Assembly (NCBI RefSeq): GCF_009914755.1
Contig: NC_060946.1
Direction: 5' to 3' (one strand)
DNA: 64,000 nucleotides
DNA from: the human T2T-CHM13v2.0 reference genome, Homo sapiens
In this document: piece by piece, positions 29,395 to 47,841 of the stretch
How the letters are laid out: every line of letters begins with the position of its first letter
Position numbering within the stretch: the first letter of the stretch is position 1
Translations under genes and position numbers: made by a program
The notes under the pieces: generated by a model
Told to the model about the DNA's origin: nothing
The model's input: the letters and a program-made list of their open reading frames with translations, nothing else
Database searches by the model: none

Positions 29395-29510
29395 CCGAAT
29401 GTTGTCATCGTTGCTGTTGGTTTTCTCCCCTTTCCAGTTCAAACAGAGCTGGAAAACAGGTGGGATGGAGGAGTAGCCAGGGTTCAACACCACAGCGGCC
29501 TGCAGTTTGG
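29395..29510 (-). CDS. THOC5: THOC5 exon 18 (aa 561-599)
   Basis: 116 nt, [38 protein letters not shown]|gtaaga. Confidence 0.97.
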
Positions 29511-30444
29511 CTGGGAAGAGAGGAGAGAGGGGAAATGCGCAGTTCTAAGACTCAGCTTGCCAGCCATGGCAGCCTCCCCACTGCACCCCTGAGGCTAGCT
29601 CAGATGTCTCCTATTAATCTGAATGCTGCAGAGTATATTCTGGTACCAACTGTTCCAGAATGTCCTAAGTGGAATTGCCAGCTTGCAGAATGTGAGGTCC
29701 TATAATTGGTCTCTCCAAGGACTTTGACATATTTACTGTGCCACAAAGCTGCGGACTCCCCAGAGTCTGGTCCACCTTGGCTCTCTCCATGAGTTCTATT
29801 TGCTACTTTGATAGAAGTGTAATTGTCATTTCTTTATTTGCCAGCAAGCTAAGGTTTTCTCCATGTGAAAGCTTACTAATTTTTCAACAATACTGTGTAT
29901 CAACTATCACATCAAATATATTTTCTCTATTTTCTTCATTTGATTTTTACATACTTTGTTACATAAAATTCTGTATACTAGCCAACATGTAGAGAGTCCT
30001 TACTGTATCCCAGGCACTGTGCTAAACCCTCTAGACACATTTTATTTCATCCTAACAATAATTCTATGAGTTAGGTACTATTATCCTCATCCTCATTTTA
30101 CACATAAAGAAACAGGCTCTGACAGAAACTTCCCTACCATCAAATAGTTGGAAGGTAGCAGTGCTGAGTTTAACCAGAACTGGCTGATATCAAAGCTGTG
30201 TTCATAATCATTAAACAAAATATTTGTGTTTTTGAACATACTCATTTATTCTCTGGTGAAAGCCTTTGCCTTTTTCAACAGGAAGACATTTATCTTCTCA
30301 AGTGGGATAGGTATGCCATTCCTTTTTAGTTATTTTTAGGGGGGAGACTTTCACTCTCTGACCACTAGTTATTCAAATAACAGAGGAGAGGAGAGGTTAA
30401 CACAATTCTTCCCTAACAGTCAGAACATTAATTAAAAAGTTGTG

Positions 30445-33537
<3,093 letters not shown>

Positions 33538-34402
33538 GGGTGTAGCGGGGAAAGGATGGAAAGCAAATGCATAAAATCCAAATAGTGGTCACTTATTAGG
33601 AGAAAGGGAATAAAGTGGGATAGGGAGGCCTCAACTGTATCTGAAATATTCAGTTTCTTCAGAATTTTTTTTTTAAAAGACATGAAGAATAGAAAGAGAA
33701 GAAAGTGGGGTAGTGAGGACAGAAACTCTGATACCAAAGAGTTCAGCCTTTCCTTACAGTTCTGGAACTGTCTTAGAACTACAGACAACTTCCTCAGCTC
33801 AGCACCAAGTCTTGAGGGTGTCAGATCCCACGGGCAGTGCCAGGCTTGCTGCGGCTTGGGTGGGACAACAGCACAACGGCCCAAACACAACATCCCAGGA
33901 CTTCAGCAGGGAGCCCTGGCAGAGTCAGATGCCAGAAGAGGTATGAAGAATCAGAGCTTTCAATGCCTCTAAAGTGAGTGCAGGGACTGCAGAAGAGGGA
34001 GCGAGGCCCTGTGGCCCTGCCCTTTACAACCTGAGGGTGACACCTCAGCCCTGTTATGAAGAGGGAGAAGGAGGAGATGTCCGGTACTAGAAAGCGGTGA
34101 AGGAAGGAGCAAAGAGCTCAGGCTCAGCGCTCAGACTGGGCTTGCAACTAAGCCTGAATTTCCTCCCATGTAAAATAGAAATGAAAGCACCACCCCTAGG
34201 ACTGCAGTGAGGGTTCAGTGATACACAGCGTGTGTGTGACTGTGTTGCAGAATGAGTCCTTGCTGAACAGGCTCTCACGATCATTATTATCTGTTAAGTC
34301 CTTGCAGGACTCCAGGATCTTCTGCTTTGGGCAGCCCCGGAGAGTGTTTGATTCTTGGCAGCGCCCTTTGTCTAGAACCCCTGTAATCAGCAGAGCAATT
34401 AC

Positions 34403-34490
34403 CTGTGCCCCTTTCGATGAGCGCCATGTAGTAGAGATTGGTGTCCCCAGCCAGTCCCGCATCCACAATGTCTTTGGTGAAGTGCAGCTC
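34403..34490 (-). CDS. THOC5: THOC5 exon 17 (aa 532-561)
   Basis: 88 nt, [29 protein letters not shown]+G|gtaatt. Confidence 0.97.
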
Positions 34491-34636
34491 CTAGAAGAGG
34501 TACCACAGACAAGAGGTGAACTGCTGGCTCCTCTGGTTAAACCCCCTGCTCTTCCAGTGAGGTGGCAGGAGCTGAAAGGTGACATGGTCCTGCAATCCTC
34601 AGGACAGTAAGGGTAACTTGTCACTCCTTCACCTAC

Positions 34637-34740
34637 CATGTAATCCTCATGGGCAACTGTCACCCATTTCACCAGGCGAGAGACAACCTTGGCAGGGAAG
34701 AGGTACTGGCAATCACTGGTAACTGGCACAATGCCATGTT
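34637..34740 (-). CDS. THOC5: THOC5 exon 16 (aa 497-531)
   Basis: 104 nt, (E)[34 protein letters not shown]|gtaggt. Confidence 0.97.
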
Positions 34741-35427
34741 CTAAAAGAGAACAAGACAGATGACGTCACAGGTAGAAATCAGGTGCCACAGATGGGTAAC
34801 TAGCATCCTCCTGGGGCTCTCTGAAGGGCTCAGATGGCCCGGCCAGCTATCCTGGTATACCTGGTACTCAGGAAGTACCCAGGTCAACACGTGCCAGGAA
34901 TGCAAGCATGTCAACCTGACCTTCACCCAGTGCTATGTGCTTGTGGCCAGATCCAGTGCCAGCACTTATGGTGCTTTCTCTTTAATGCAAATGATAGCCT
35001 GCCAAAGAAAAACCCTTACAGTCAGAACTAGGGAGGGTGCCCCTGCAGCAGTGACTGTTAATTAGATCAAATAGCATAGAGGCCTGTGTTTTCATAGCTG
35101 ACCTTGATGGAGGAAACAACTGAAGTGTTGTGTGTCAGGGAGAAGAGCCAGATAACTGCTCCAGGGTAAATTCCTGCTGGCATTTCAATAAGCAAATATG
35201 CCAACACAGTAAGTACTGTCCAGAATGACAAGTTCCCTACCTTGGGACAAAACAAACTCAGCAGTGCTGATGGGGAGCACGGCCCGATGGACAAACATCA
35301 GTGCTCTGGAGAGATCGGCAGCCATGTGGAGTCTAAGAACTGGTGGGGAGTGGTCTCCAGATGTGTCCTGGAAACCCAATGCCTTTCCTGACAGAGACTC
35401 TTTTTTATTTTTTACTTTTTATTTTGA

Positions 35428-35535
<108 letters not shown>

Positions 35536-36379
35536 TAGCTGGGAATACAAGTGCACACCACCATGCCCAGCTAATTTTTGTATTTTTAGTAGAGACGGAG
35601 TTTCACCATGTTGGCAGGCTGGTCTTGAACTCCTGACCTCAAGTGATCTGTCTGCCTTGGCCTCCCAAAGTGCTGTGATTACAGGCAAGAGCCACTGCGC
35701 CTGTCCCAGAGACTCTTTTAGGTCAGAAAAATCTTGACCCCATCCCCCTGCCACATGGTAAGCATTTGACAACCACTTACTGAGTGAATAAACTAAAAGA
35801 AGCCCCCAAATGCCACCACCTAAGTCAGTGGCTCATCATTATCACTTGGGAGCTTAGAAGAAAACATAGGCTCAGCCTCACCCTGGGGAACACGAGGTCA
35901 GTAGGCCTTGGGGAAGGGATATGCGAGTTGCTCCCTGGATAGCTATATTCAAAAAGCTGACTGTGAGCCACAGAGCCAGGGGCAGGGGTTCACTGTGCTC
36001 AGTTCTTCCCCCAGCACTATGCTCAGTGCCTGGCATGAATCAGGATCTCACTAAATATGTGTCGAATGCACATCAAAATCTGCAATGCATGACCTAGGAT
36101 GAACTGCCCCGACCAGTCCACAAACTTGTGCCACCCAATGGCTCTGGGCCTCCTCTGTGAGGCAGGACAGCACTGATGGCTCTAAGGGGGAGCTCGGTCC
36201 TCTGCCTGGACAGGCCTGGAGCTCTCCCCAGTGGCTCTGCCAAGATGCCCACTCCGTAAAGCCAGGAATCCAGGTCTTGTATTTGTCATCAGGATTCAAG
36301 TTTTGAGTGAAAGGCTAAGTTGTTGTTGTCCGTGTGTTGTCTGAGTGACTCTTAAACCACTGCCCCATCATCAGCTTAC

Positions 36380-36494
36380 CTAGGGATGCAAACTGTTTGT
36401 GGAGGGCCAGGCGGGACTGCACCCTGGTCTTCAGAAGTTTCATGGTGGTCTCCATGTGGCTGGCGCTCAGCGAGTGGTCAGCAATCACTGTTTG
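36380..36494 (-). CDS. THOC5: THOC5 exon 15 (aa 459-497)
   Basis: 115 nt, [38 protein letters not shown]+G|gtaagc. Confidence 0.97.
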
Positions 36495-37025
36495 CTGTGA
36501 GTGACAATGAGACACATACACGTGTGCTCCCCCATCCCTTCCTCCGGGCACCATCTCTCTCCTGGGACCTGCCTGTCTGCGGCACCCTGGATTATCCATG
36601 CCCCAAGATGGGTACCCTTTAGACATGGCAAGGTTTATCTGCTATGACAGGCCAGACGCTGAGTCCTGGCAGAAACAACACAATATGCTGCGTTCTTGAG
36701 AAGCTGTGTCCAACTCCTGAGGAAAGGCAGGCTTCTGCTAAGGGGCCAGGCCCCCTGGATTTCTGCTCATGCCTCATATTTGGTACTTGCACACAAGAAC
36801 AAGGGCAGCAGAGCCTGCAGACATGAGTCCCAGAGCAAGGACTCAAGTTGCCTGGGTCTAAAAGGCTACTAGGCTCAGAGAAAATGCAAAAGGTACGTAA
36901 ACTCTTGTAAGTCTAAGACATTTTAGTGTCCTGAGTGGATAGAAGACAGGTCACAGCCCTGAGGGGACACATTCTGCCAGTTCAAAACTCCAAAGGCCAT
37001 GACAGGCCTTTTTTTTTTTTTTTGA

Positions 37026-37130
<105 letters not shown>

Positions 37131-37381
37131 TGAATAGCTGGGATTATAGGAACGTGCCACCACACCCAGCTAATTTTTTGTATTTTTAGTAGAGATGGGG
37201 TTTCATCATGTTGGCCAGGCTGGTCTCAAACTCCTGACCTCAGGTGATCCACCTGCCTCAGCCTCCCAAAGTACAAGGATTATAGGCATGAGCCACCGCA
37301 CCTGGCCTGGCCTTTCTAGAGTCTATACAGGAAGAGAAGAGGTAAGCTCCTCAGCCAACTAGATGAGATCAGTGTACAGAC

Positions 37382-37478
37382 CTGGGGCTGCTCTTTGGGG
37401 AAGTGGAGGCCACCCAGCTTCTGCACCCACAAATAGGGGTGACCTAGCTCAAGTACATAGTCGCTCAAAGTCAGGATG
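37382..37478 (-). CDS. THOC5: THOC5 exon 14 (aa 426-458)
   Basis: 97 nt, [32 protein letters not shown]|gtctgt. Confidence 0.96.
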
Positions 37479-37887
37479 CTGCAGAAAAGAAGATAAATAA
37501 AATTGTGCTGTAAGTCATTTCTGCTGTGGTCCCAGGATACAGCCTCCTCCCACCCTCCCATGCCCCACAAACCATCCAGTCCTGCAGGTTTGGCCATGTT
37601 CACAGCCAGGCTGCTGGCAAAGCCCTTCAACTTTGTCAGTTCCCTACTGTGAATTTCATCTCTCTCACATTCACTTTCCTCTTTTTCCTTTTCTTCTTGC
37701 AGCCTTCAACTTATAAGCAAATATCAAATACAAAGGCAGTGTACTAATGTCTTTATTGGTCTACCAATTTAGAAAATCTTTTAAAAATTAATCCTCGGAT
37801 AATTAAAATGTCAAACATTTTTATTGTATCACGTATTATTATGCTTCCAGAGGGTTTTTTTTGTTTTTCTTTTTGTTTTTGTTTTGA

Positions 37888-38202
<315 letters not shown>

Positions 38203-38371
38203 TGATCTCCCTTTGCCTTGTAAGCAAGAAAGAACAAACATTTCCTTCTACCCTGTGGTCTTTCCTATCCTCTGGGTCACCTCTGGCCCTAACAGGTCTC
38301 CAGCATTTAGCTTGAGCCACCAGAGAAACTCAGAAGTAGAGAGCTCGGAGAGGAGGAAACTGCTGACTCAC

Positions 38372-38473
38372 CCAACTTTATCAAACTGATACTGATTGGC
38401 TGGATTCGGAGTTTTCTTTCCATGATCCCCAGGATACAAGCAACTCAGGACTGAGTCAGGAGACAGCAAGTCA
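38372..38473 (-). CDS. THOC5: THOC5 exon 13 (aa 392-426)
   Basis: 102 nt, [33 protein letters not shown]+GG|gtgagt. Confidence 0.97.
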
Positions 38474-39505
38474 CTAGAAAAGGAAAAACAGTAAGCAGTG
38501 AGAATGCAGCCAACATCTTTCTTCAACATAGGCTTGGGCATTTGGGGATGGTAATGCCACGTCTCACTGATGACCAATGCCACCATTTATTGAAGGCTTT
38601 CTGTGGGCCAGACCGTTTATATGCTTGAGGTCATTGCATCCTTACAACCCTATGAGGGAGGATTATCATTTCCATTTTATAGAGGAAAAACTCAAGGCTT
38701 TAAAAGATATGGCTTATTCAAGATCACACTGCTAGTAAGTGCTAGAGGTGGCTTTATATTGTCTGATCAAACAGACTAGTACTCTTAATCATTAATTTTT
38801 AAAAAACTCATCCCTTCAAGATTTATATGGTGCCTAAGGCCTTACCTCAGGGGAGCAAAGTCCCATGACACCATCAGTAGAAATAATTTCAATTTTCATA
38901 AAAGCAGAACAGACTCCTTTCTGCTACAGAGAGAACAAGTGTATAGCTTTGGTGCTATGTCTATCTCACTTTGACCAAATCTTATGCTCATCACAGGAAA
39001 AGGCCCCCTGTATGTTCCCAGAAAAAGATACAATCACATACACTGGAGACCCACAGCTACAAGCGGAGAGAAATAGTGACGCCACTGCCACCCACCTGGG
39101 ATGGTTCGGGCACAGTTTGTCATTAAATGTGACAAGCAAAAAAGAGATAATGTGGGAGGGTAATGTAGTAATTTTATCACAAAGGATGACAAGGCCCATT
39201 CTTTCCCTGAACCAAAGGGGGTTCTCCTTCATCTTTCCATGGATAACGTCAGGAGCAACTTGGGCAGCACGTGCCGGTCCTGCGTTTTGGCCCCAGCATG
39301 CCTTCAGGAACTCCATGCTAGGACAGTGGAGGCTTCCAGCTCTTCCCTACTGTGTCTCACTGAGTATCCCTGTTCCCCAAGGTCTTTGCCCCCTTCACCA
39401 CCTCAAATGGAGAACTGACTACCAAACAAATAAAACATTTCAGGCCAGGCACAGTGGCTCACGCCTGTAATCCCAGCACTTTGAGAGGCCGAGACGGGCG
39501 GATCA

Positions 39506-39787
<282 letters not shown>

Positions 39788-40114
39788 TTAGCAAGTGTTT
39801 AGGGACTATTACTAATAGATTGATTCAATCTATTAGTAAATAAATAAAACAGAACTAAAACTGCCCACGATGAAGGTTATTAATTGACAAAACCTGATGA
39901 AGGAATCACCTTCTTGGCAAAATTTATATCTGCAACATATGGCTAAGACAACTGAACTTGGTAAAAATGATGAACATAAAAGGAAAGGCTATTTATAGTC
40001 ATAAAAATATAACACCAAAACAAAAAAACTTCTCAACCAGTCAAATCTTTGTTATAAAATTTTGATAAAAAGTAAGGGATTAAAAAAACCTTAGTGGCCG
40101 GGCGTGGTGGCTCA

Positions 40115-40678
<564 letters not shown>

Positions 40679-43212
40679 TTAAAAATTCTCTAATGAATTA
40701 ATGGATCTAGGCAACAGTTGTCAAGACAGTAACATCACAAAAATAAAGAGAGCCTGTGCCTCTTGATGGAAGTATTCAACAACAGCCATGATACAGTCCT
40801 GCCCTCTACCCACCCCACCACCACAAAAAAATTTCGAAAACCTAATCTGATCAAGTCTCTAAGCCAACTCCCTGTTCACAAGAACACACAGGTAGAAAGA
40901 CGAACACGTTTAACGATACCACAGGGACGCAGTCCTCAAAATCCAGACTAGGTAGAACCTACAGAGCAAACGACCCATTTTCTCCAACAAATACAAAGAC
41001 GGTGGAAAGCCCAAGACAATGAATCTTAGGAGAAAACAAAAGAGATGGCAGGACCCTCTGATAAGATACTTGAAAGAAGCTTTGCTCATTGGCAATGTAT
41101 GGGCCTTATAGTGATCCAGACTCAAAACACAAAACTATTAAAAAAAATTGTTTGTCTGAAAACTCCCTCCCCCAAAAAATATATGAAAAAAATCAGGGAA
41201 ATTAGAATGATAGTATGAGATTCAAGAATTAGTGTGAGAATATACCCTTTATGTTTTAATAGATAAATCAATAAAACTGTATGCCAGGTTGCTGTCTTCA
41301 TGTGGCCAAAGGCAGCCTGTATTTGAGCAAAGGCTTCTGGGCTGGGAGCCCAGAGTCTCGGGCTTTAGGTCCAGTGCTGCGATAATTGGTTGTATGCTCC
41401 CTGGACCTCAGTTTCTCTATTTGTAAAAGGAGGATGAGCTAGACAACACCTGAAGGCCTAAAAGACCTAATCCCAGTTTCACAGTGGCATCTCCTTTTAT
41501 GTCTCCTCCCTGTTTGGGGGTCAGGGCCCACCTGGCTATGACAGCAGTGGTATACAGGTCTTGCTGACTTCGAATCATAATTCTCCACTCTCTACCTGTG
41601 ACCTTGAGGCTACCCCTTAACTGTCCAGAGCCTCAGTTAACTCACCTCATAGAGCTATTGTGAAAGTTACAAGAGTCAATGATAATAAATCAGCTGTCCT
41701 TTACCAAGTGCTTCCTCTATGCTAAGCACTTGACCTGACTCTTCACAAGCACCCTGGGAGGGGATATTACAATTAACAACCACACAGCGAGGAAACAGAT
41801 TCTGAGGCCAGGTATACAGCTTAGTGAAGAGCTGGAGTTGAGCATGCAATAAAGCCAGGCTGCAGCCCTGTTATTAGCATGTAGGGCACCTGAGAAATGA
41901 ACAAGCAGAATGTTCATGATGAGCTCTACCACGATCTGGGGGCCCTGGAACTCCTCAATGAACTGAGAGCCCTGGACAGTGTAACTGGGTGCTCAGAAGC
42001 AAGCCCTGGGCTCCCTCTGCTGGGGTCAGATGGGAACAGGGGCAATTTCATCCAGAGCACCCCTGGGGGTGTCCAACAACACTCTCAGGCACAGCAGCCA
42101 AAGCTGCTATGGCCTGAAGGGGATGTGGACTCTAAGGGCAGTCTAAAACCCAAGAGACACCAGCATCATGGAGAACTGGCAGGGGTGGAAAGAGCCCTGC
42201 TCTACCAGGCACCAGAGCTGTACCTCCCTAAGCCTCAGTGGTCTTTCTGCAGCTGACAGTGGGACTAGGTCAGGGCAGTGCTCTTGTGAATGGAAGCTAT
42301 TTCACCCTCAGCCCCGCATGACCCTTCTTCCCGCCCATGTTTGCAGAAGAAGAATGCCATGATTGGGCCAGGTATGGTGACTCATGCCTGGAATTCCAGC
42401 ACTGTGAGAGGCAGAGACGGGAGGAGTGCTTGAGGCCAGGAGTTCAAGACCACCCTGGGCAACACAGCAAGACCCCGTTTCTATAAAATAAAAATAGAAA
42501 GTCAGCCAGGCATGGTGGCATGCACCTGTAGTCCTAGTTACTCAGGAGGCTGAGGTAGGAGGATCACTACAGCCCAGAAGTTTGAGGCCACAGTGAGCTA
42601 TGATTATGCCATGGTCCTCCAGTCTGGGCAACATAGTGAGACTGTGTATCAACAAAAATAGAAATTAAAAAAAGAACACTGTAGTCAGGGCCTTCCTGGG
42701 GATGCGATGATGGCTGTCATTACTGTGCCTCTGCTCACTCTTCTCAAAACTTTCACAGGGACCCACCACAGTCCTCCCACCACCCAGATAAGGACATGGG
42801 CTTGGGCTGAGCTGGGGAGCAAAAATCCCAGCACCTTGGGATAGAAAGAGAAAAGGGAAAGAGTGGCCTGAATTTGGCAACCTAATAATGTCTGCCAAAT
42901 CTCATTTTATATTCACACACTTTCCACTGGTAGCAAAAAGCTGGTGCTCTGCCCCACCTACTCAATTTGCAAATATGCTGTTGTCACTTTTATCATCTGC
43001 TGTGTAGTAAGAGGACTTCACAAATTAAAGTCAGAGAGTGCTTTCTAAATACCAGCGATGTGCCAGGACTTCTGGTCCATCTGGATACAAGACAAGTCAA
43101 CACAGCCGTAGCCCTCTCCAGAGCCAGAGGGAGGAACCGAGAGCAGCCCCACAATGAGGCTCTCATCACCTCCCCATCCCGCACGTCATTGCCCAGAGCG
43201 CCTGCTCAATAC

Positions 43213-43321
43213 CCTGCACTGATGGGGGTGATCAGCTCCATGGCAGTTGTCACTTTGGCTTTTACTGTCATGATGTTGAGGTTCATGAGGTAGTAGAAAG
43301 TCAGGTGAAGCACACTGTCAT
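43213..43321 (-). CDS. THOC5: THOC5 exon 12 (aa 356-392)
   Basis: 109 nt, [35 protein letters not shown]+GG|gtattg. Confidence 0.96.
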
Positions 43322-43384
43322 CTGGAGGGGAGGAAGATGAGAGAATTTATGAGTCAAAACACTCAGAGCAGAGTGAACAGAGTC

Positions 43385-43560
43385 ATAGGGGGTAGTAAGG
43401 TGGGGGGGTCAAGTGTTGAAAAACTAACTATTATGCCCACTACCTAGGTGACGGGATCATTCATACCCCAAACCTCAGGACCACGCAAAATAGTGTAACA
43501 AATCGGCACATGTATCCCCAGAATCGAAAATAAAAGTTGAAATTATAACAAAAAAAGAAA
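43385..43560 (+). mobile_element. Short L1PA 3' terminal fragment
   Basis: gttgaaaaactaacta...taccccaaacctcag...gcacatgtatcccc...aaaataaaagttgaaa + A tail. Confidence 0.6.
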
Positions 43561-43712
43561 AACAGAATTATAGAAAAATTCAGAGACTTTTACAATCATT
43601 TACTATAAAAACAAAATCGGCCAGGCGCGGTGGCTCACACCTGTAATCCCAGCACTCCGGGAGGCCAAGGTGGGCAGATCATGAAGTCAGGAGATCGAGA
43701 CCATCCTGGCTA

Positions 43713-43956
<244 letters not shown>

Positions 43957-44546
43957 CTACAAATTCTTTGCTACGCTTCCCACCAAGAGGTAGGGCTTAA
44001 TTTCTCTGCCCTTGAGAGTGGGCTGGACTTAGTGACTCTGCTTCTAACAAATACAAGATGGAAAGGGAACCAAGCGATCAAGGTCAATATCAGCAGAAAT
44101 AATACAGTGGCATCAGGTACTCCTGATATGACATGATAGCGACGACCTCATCTATGCTATTCTCTCCCCCAAATCCATAATCTCAGTCTAATCAAGGTCA
44201 TGAAACACAAGGAAAGACTGAGACACTCACTGCCTAGAGCAGACTAAGGAGCATGGCAACTAAATGCACTTTGAGACCCTGGCTTGGATCTTGGGACAGA
44301 AAAAGGACATTAATTAAAAAAGGAAGAAACTAAAAAAATTCTGTCATTTTGTTAACAGTATTGGGCCAATGAAATTAAGAGTGGTGTGGATCGCTGTTAA
44401 TCATACCATCTTTAATTAAGATGTAACTTTAGGGAAGCTGAATGAAGAGTATATAGGAACTCATGTTATTTTGGCAAGTCTTCTATGAGCCTAAAATTAT
44501 CTCAAAGCCAGCCATGGTGGTGCACGCTTCCAGTCCTAGCTACTTA

Positions 44547-44923
<377 letters not shown>

Positions 44924-45445
44924 CTAAAAAATACATAAGAAGTCTGTAATAATGGTTGCCCTTGGAGGTGAGACCTAGGACTGGTATATAGGAACCTGTG
45001 GTGAGAGGGAAACTTAAATTTTACTGTTAGCTCTTCTACTGCTAGAACATTTTATTATATGGTACTTTTTCATACAAACCAACTTCAAAACATATACTCT
45101 GCAGAATACAAAGTTCTACTTACATTTATTAAACATGTTGGTCTTACTAAAAACCTGTATACTTTTGCAACTTGTTCTAGATATTTGACTTGCTAGATTC
45201 AGAAAGAGGTATAGTTTTCTCAAGCTTCTGCCTTATGTGACTGGAGTTTTGTTGCTATGTTGTTACGGTTATGATTTAACAAAAAGAAACAAAGTCCATG
45301 CAAAACAATAAGGAAAAACAAAGCAATATGAAATGGGAATCCTTTGTTGGGCAAATGGGTGTTTGGCTCCCGGACCCTCTGCACCTGCAGCTGGGTGAAC
45401 TCTTAGGTGCTACAGATCCCTTAAACAAGGTGAGTGCAACCAGAC

Positions 45446-45545
45446 CTTTGCACTTCAGGTCGAGCATGACAGACAGTGGGTGCCTCTTCAGCATCTCCTT
45501 GCGTTTGTCGTCCAACTGAACCCCCAGTGTGGGTCTCCGGCGCTT
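45446..45545 (-). CDS. THOC5: THOC5 exon 11 (aa 323-356)
   Basis: 100 nt, [33 protein letters not shown]+G|gtctgg. Confidence 0.96.
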
Positions 45546-45793
45546 CTGGACAAAGGAAAGTGCCAAGCTGATGAGCATCAGTCATAGCAATCTCCCCTTC
45601 CCTCTCCCAACCAGCCAGGCCTCAGCCCTACTGCCTGGCACCTGCTGCTTCAGCTAGCTGGGTTGTCAGACTCCCCTCCCAGCAGCACCTTCTTTCACAC
45701 CTCTTCTGCTTCTAGGGAGGACGGCACCTGCGAACAAGCATGCCCCAGTGCATGCAGCTGCTTGATGCCCCCACAAGAGGAAATGGTTCTCAC

Positions 45794-45834
45794 CGTAGTC
45801 TGCTCCTCCTCGGCATCTGAGTCACTCTCGTCAT
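45794..45834 (-). CDS. THOC5: THOC5 exon 10 (41 nt, acidic segment, aa 309-322)
   Basis: (D)DESDSDAEEEQTT|gtgaga. Confidence 0.95.
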
Positions 45835-46529
45835 CTGCAGCCACAGAGAGAAGGCAGCTAGAGGTGAGGGGGCTCCAAATGCTCCCTAAAGCACTCCAAC
45901 CCACATGGCATAAAGGGGCCCTGACTCTGTCTTTTGTAAATAAGTTTCTCTGTAATAAATAATAAATTAACTTGCTGCTTCTTATTCAGTATACAAAACA
46001 TGGTGATGAAAAAAGAAAAAAGAAGAATGACGTATAACTCATTTTTTTCAAAGGGCTTTTTGATGTCATTTAGATGGAACACAAGCCCCTCCTTGTGATG
46101 GTGGTGGTGGCTGTGGTAATAATAGTAACACAAATAATAATAATAGTAGTAGAAGCATGCATAACTTGAGGGGGTACTATGTGCTGAGAATTATGCTAAA
46201 GGCCGTATGTGCATTACCTTATTTAATCCACATAACAATCCTACATGAGGTGTTACTATCTGTTTTCACAAAGGAATAAACTGAGGCTCTGAAATATTAA
46301 ATACCTTCCTCGGGGTCAGTCAGCTAGTGAGTGGCAGGGCTGAAATCCACGGGCCGCACCTTGTGACTCCGGGAAGTGAGCTCTCTTTCCTGTCTACTCC
46401 AGGGTGCTAAGACATTCAAGTCAAGCTTCCTGCTACACAGAACTAGTCCAGCTAGTTCTCCAAAGACCAGGACTGCCCTTGGATGGTGACCTGGTGTCCC
46501 TGGGGGACGAATCCCAACCACCACATTAC

Positions 46530-46607
46530 CTTGGGAGTCCTCTGGAGGTTTGAACAGAGCCTTGGCTTCATCCACACTGCCTTCGATTGCCACAGATAAC
46601 GTCTTAT
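46530..46607 (-). CDS. THOC5: THOC5 exon 9 (aa 283-309)
   Basis: 78 nt, (D)[25 protein letters not shown]+G|gtaatg. Confidence 0.97.
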
Positions 46608-47610
46608 CTGGGGGGCAAGAAGAAGTCTGTTAGGAAAGCTGCTGAGGAAAGCTGCTAAGCAGTGTGAGTAGGCCAGCTCTGGGGCTGCATTTCTCCCACC
46701 TCTGCCCAGCTCCTTGCTGACTAAGGGTGGAAGGGCAAAAGTCCTTGCTCCAGATGAAGGGAAACAAGGTGGGACACTTAAGCTTTTTTTTCCGTCATTT
46801 ACTGAGAACAGAGAACTTAAGTACAAATTCCTAAACCAGCATCACCTGAAACTAGCAGTGAATGCCTCTCTTTTTTGGTGCACACCAAAGCACAGAAATT
46901 CAAACTGAGGGCCTAAAGCCACATGGAACTCCTCTGCCAGTTGTCTTAGAGGTTCTCACCCAGAAATCCACACCTGTCCACATCCCAGAAACAATGACTC
47001 TCACCTAAGTGCTTATTCTCTATTCTACACTATACCAAGCACATGGCTGCCATTGTCTCACTTAACTGGGAGGCAGTAGGACAGTGAATAGGAACTTGGA
47101 TCTTGCAGTCCAGTTCCAGACCTGAGTCCCTGCCTAACCAATTCTCAAACACATGACCTGGAAAGTTATGTCACTGTCTGAGCCTCAGTTTCTGTATCTA
47201 TGAAAAGGGGACTTGAAAAATAGTAGCTGCCGGGTGCAGTGGCTCACACCTGTAATCTCAGCACTTTGGGAGGCCGAGGCAGGTGGATCACCTGAGGTCA
47301 GGAGTTCAGAGACCAGCCTGGCCAACATGGCAAAATCCCGTCTGTACTAAAAATACAAAAATTAGCTGTGTGTGGTGGCATGTGCCTGTAACCCCATCTA
47401 CTTGGGAGGCTGAGACAGGAGAATTGCTTGAATCCAGGAGGTGGAGGTTACTGTGAACCAAGATCATGCTACTGCACTGCAGCCTGGGCAACAGAGTGAG
47501 ACTCTGTCTCAAAAAAAAAAAGAAAAAAGAAAAACAGTAGCTGCCCCATTAGTGGTGGGGACTGAATGAGCTGATGCTTGTAATTTTAATTATAAAATTA
47601 TTAAAAATTA

Positions 47611-47841
<231 letters not shown>

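Noticed and set aside
34196-34729. 177-aa ORF running through the 146-nt intron 16
   Set aside because: It is exon 16 plus intron read-through in a shifted frame; there is no independent evidence of retention.
38865-39470. 201-aa plus-strand ORF antisense to THOC5 intron 12
   Set aside because: No recognisable domain, ends in an Alu, and a stop-free run of this length is plausible by chance in six frames of 64 kb.
41646-41889. Possible 244-nt pseudo-exon (tttctcag| ... GAG|gtgagt on minus)
   Set aside because: Lies in MIR-like sequence, is long and has an immediate stop; indistinguishable from common pseudo-exons without data.
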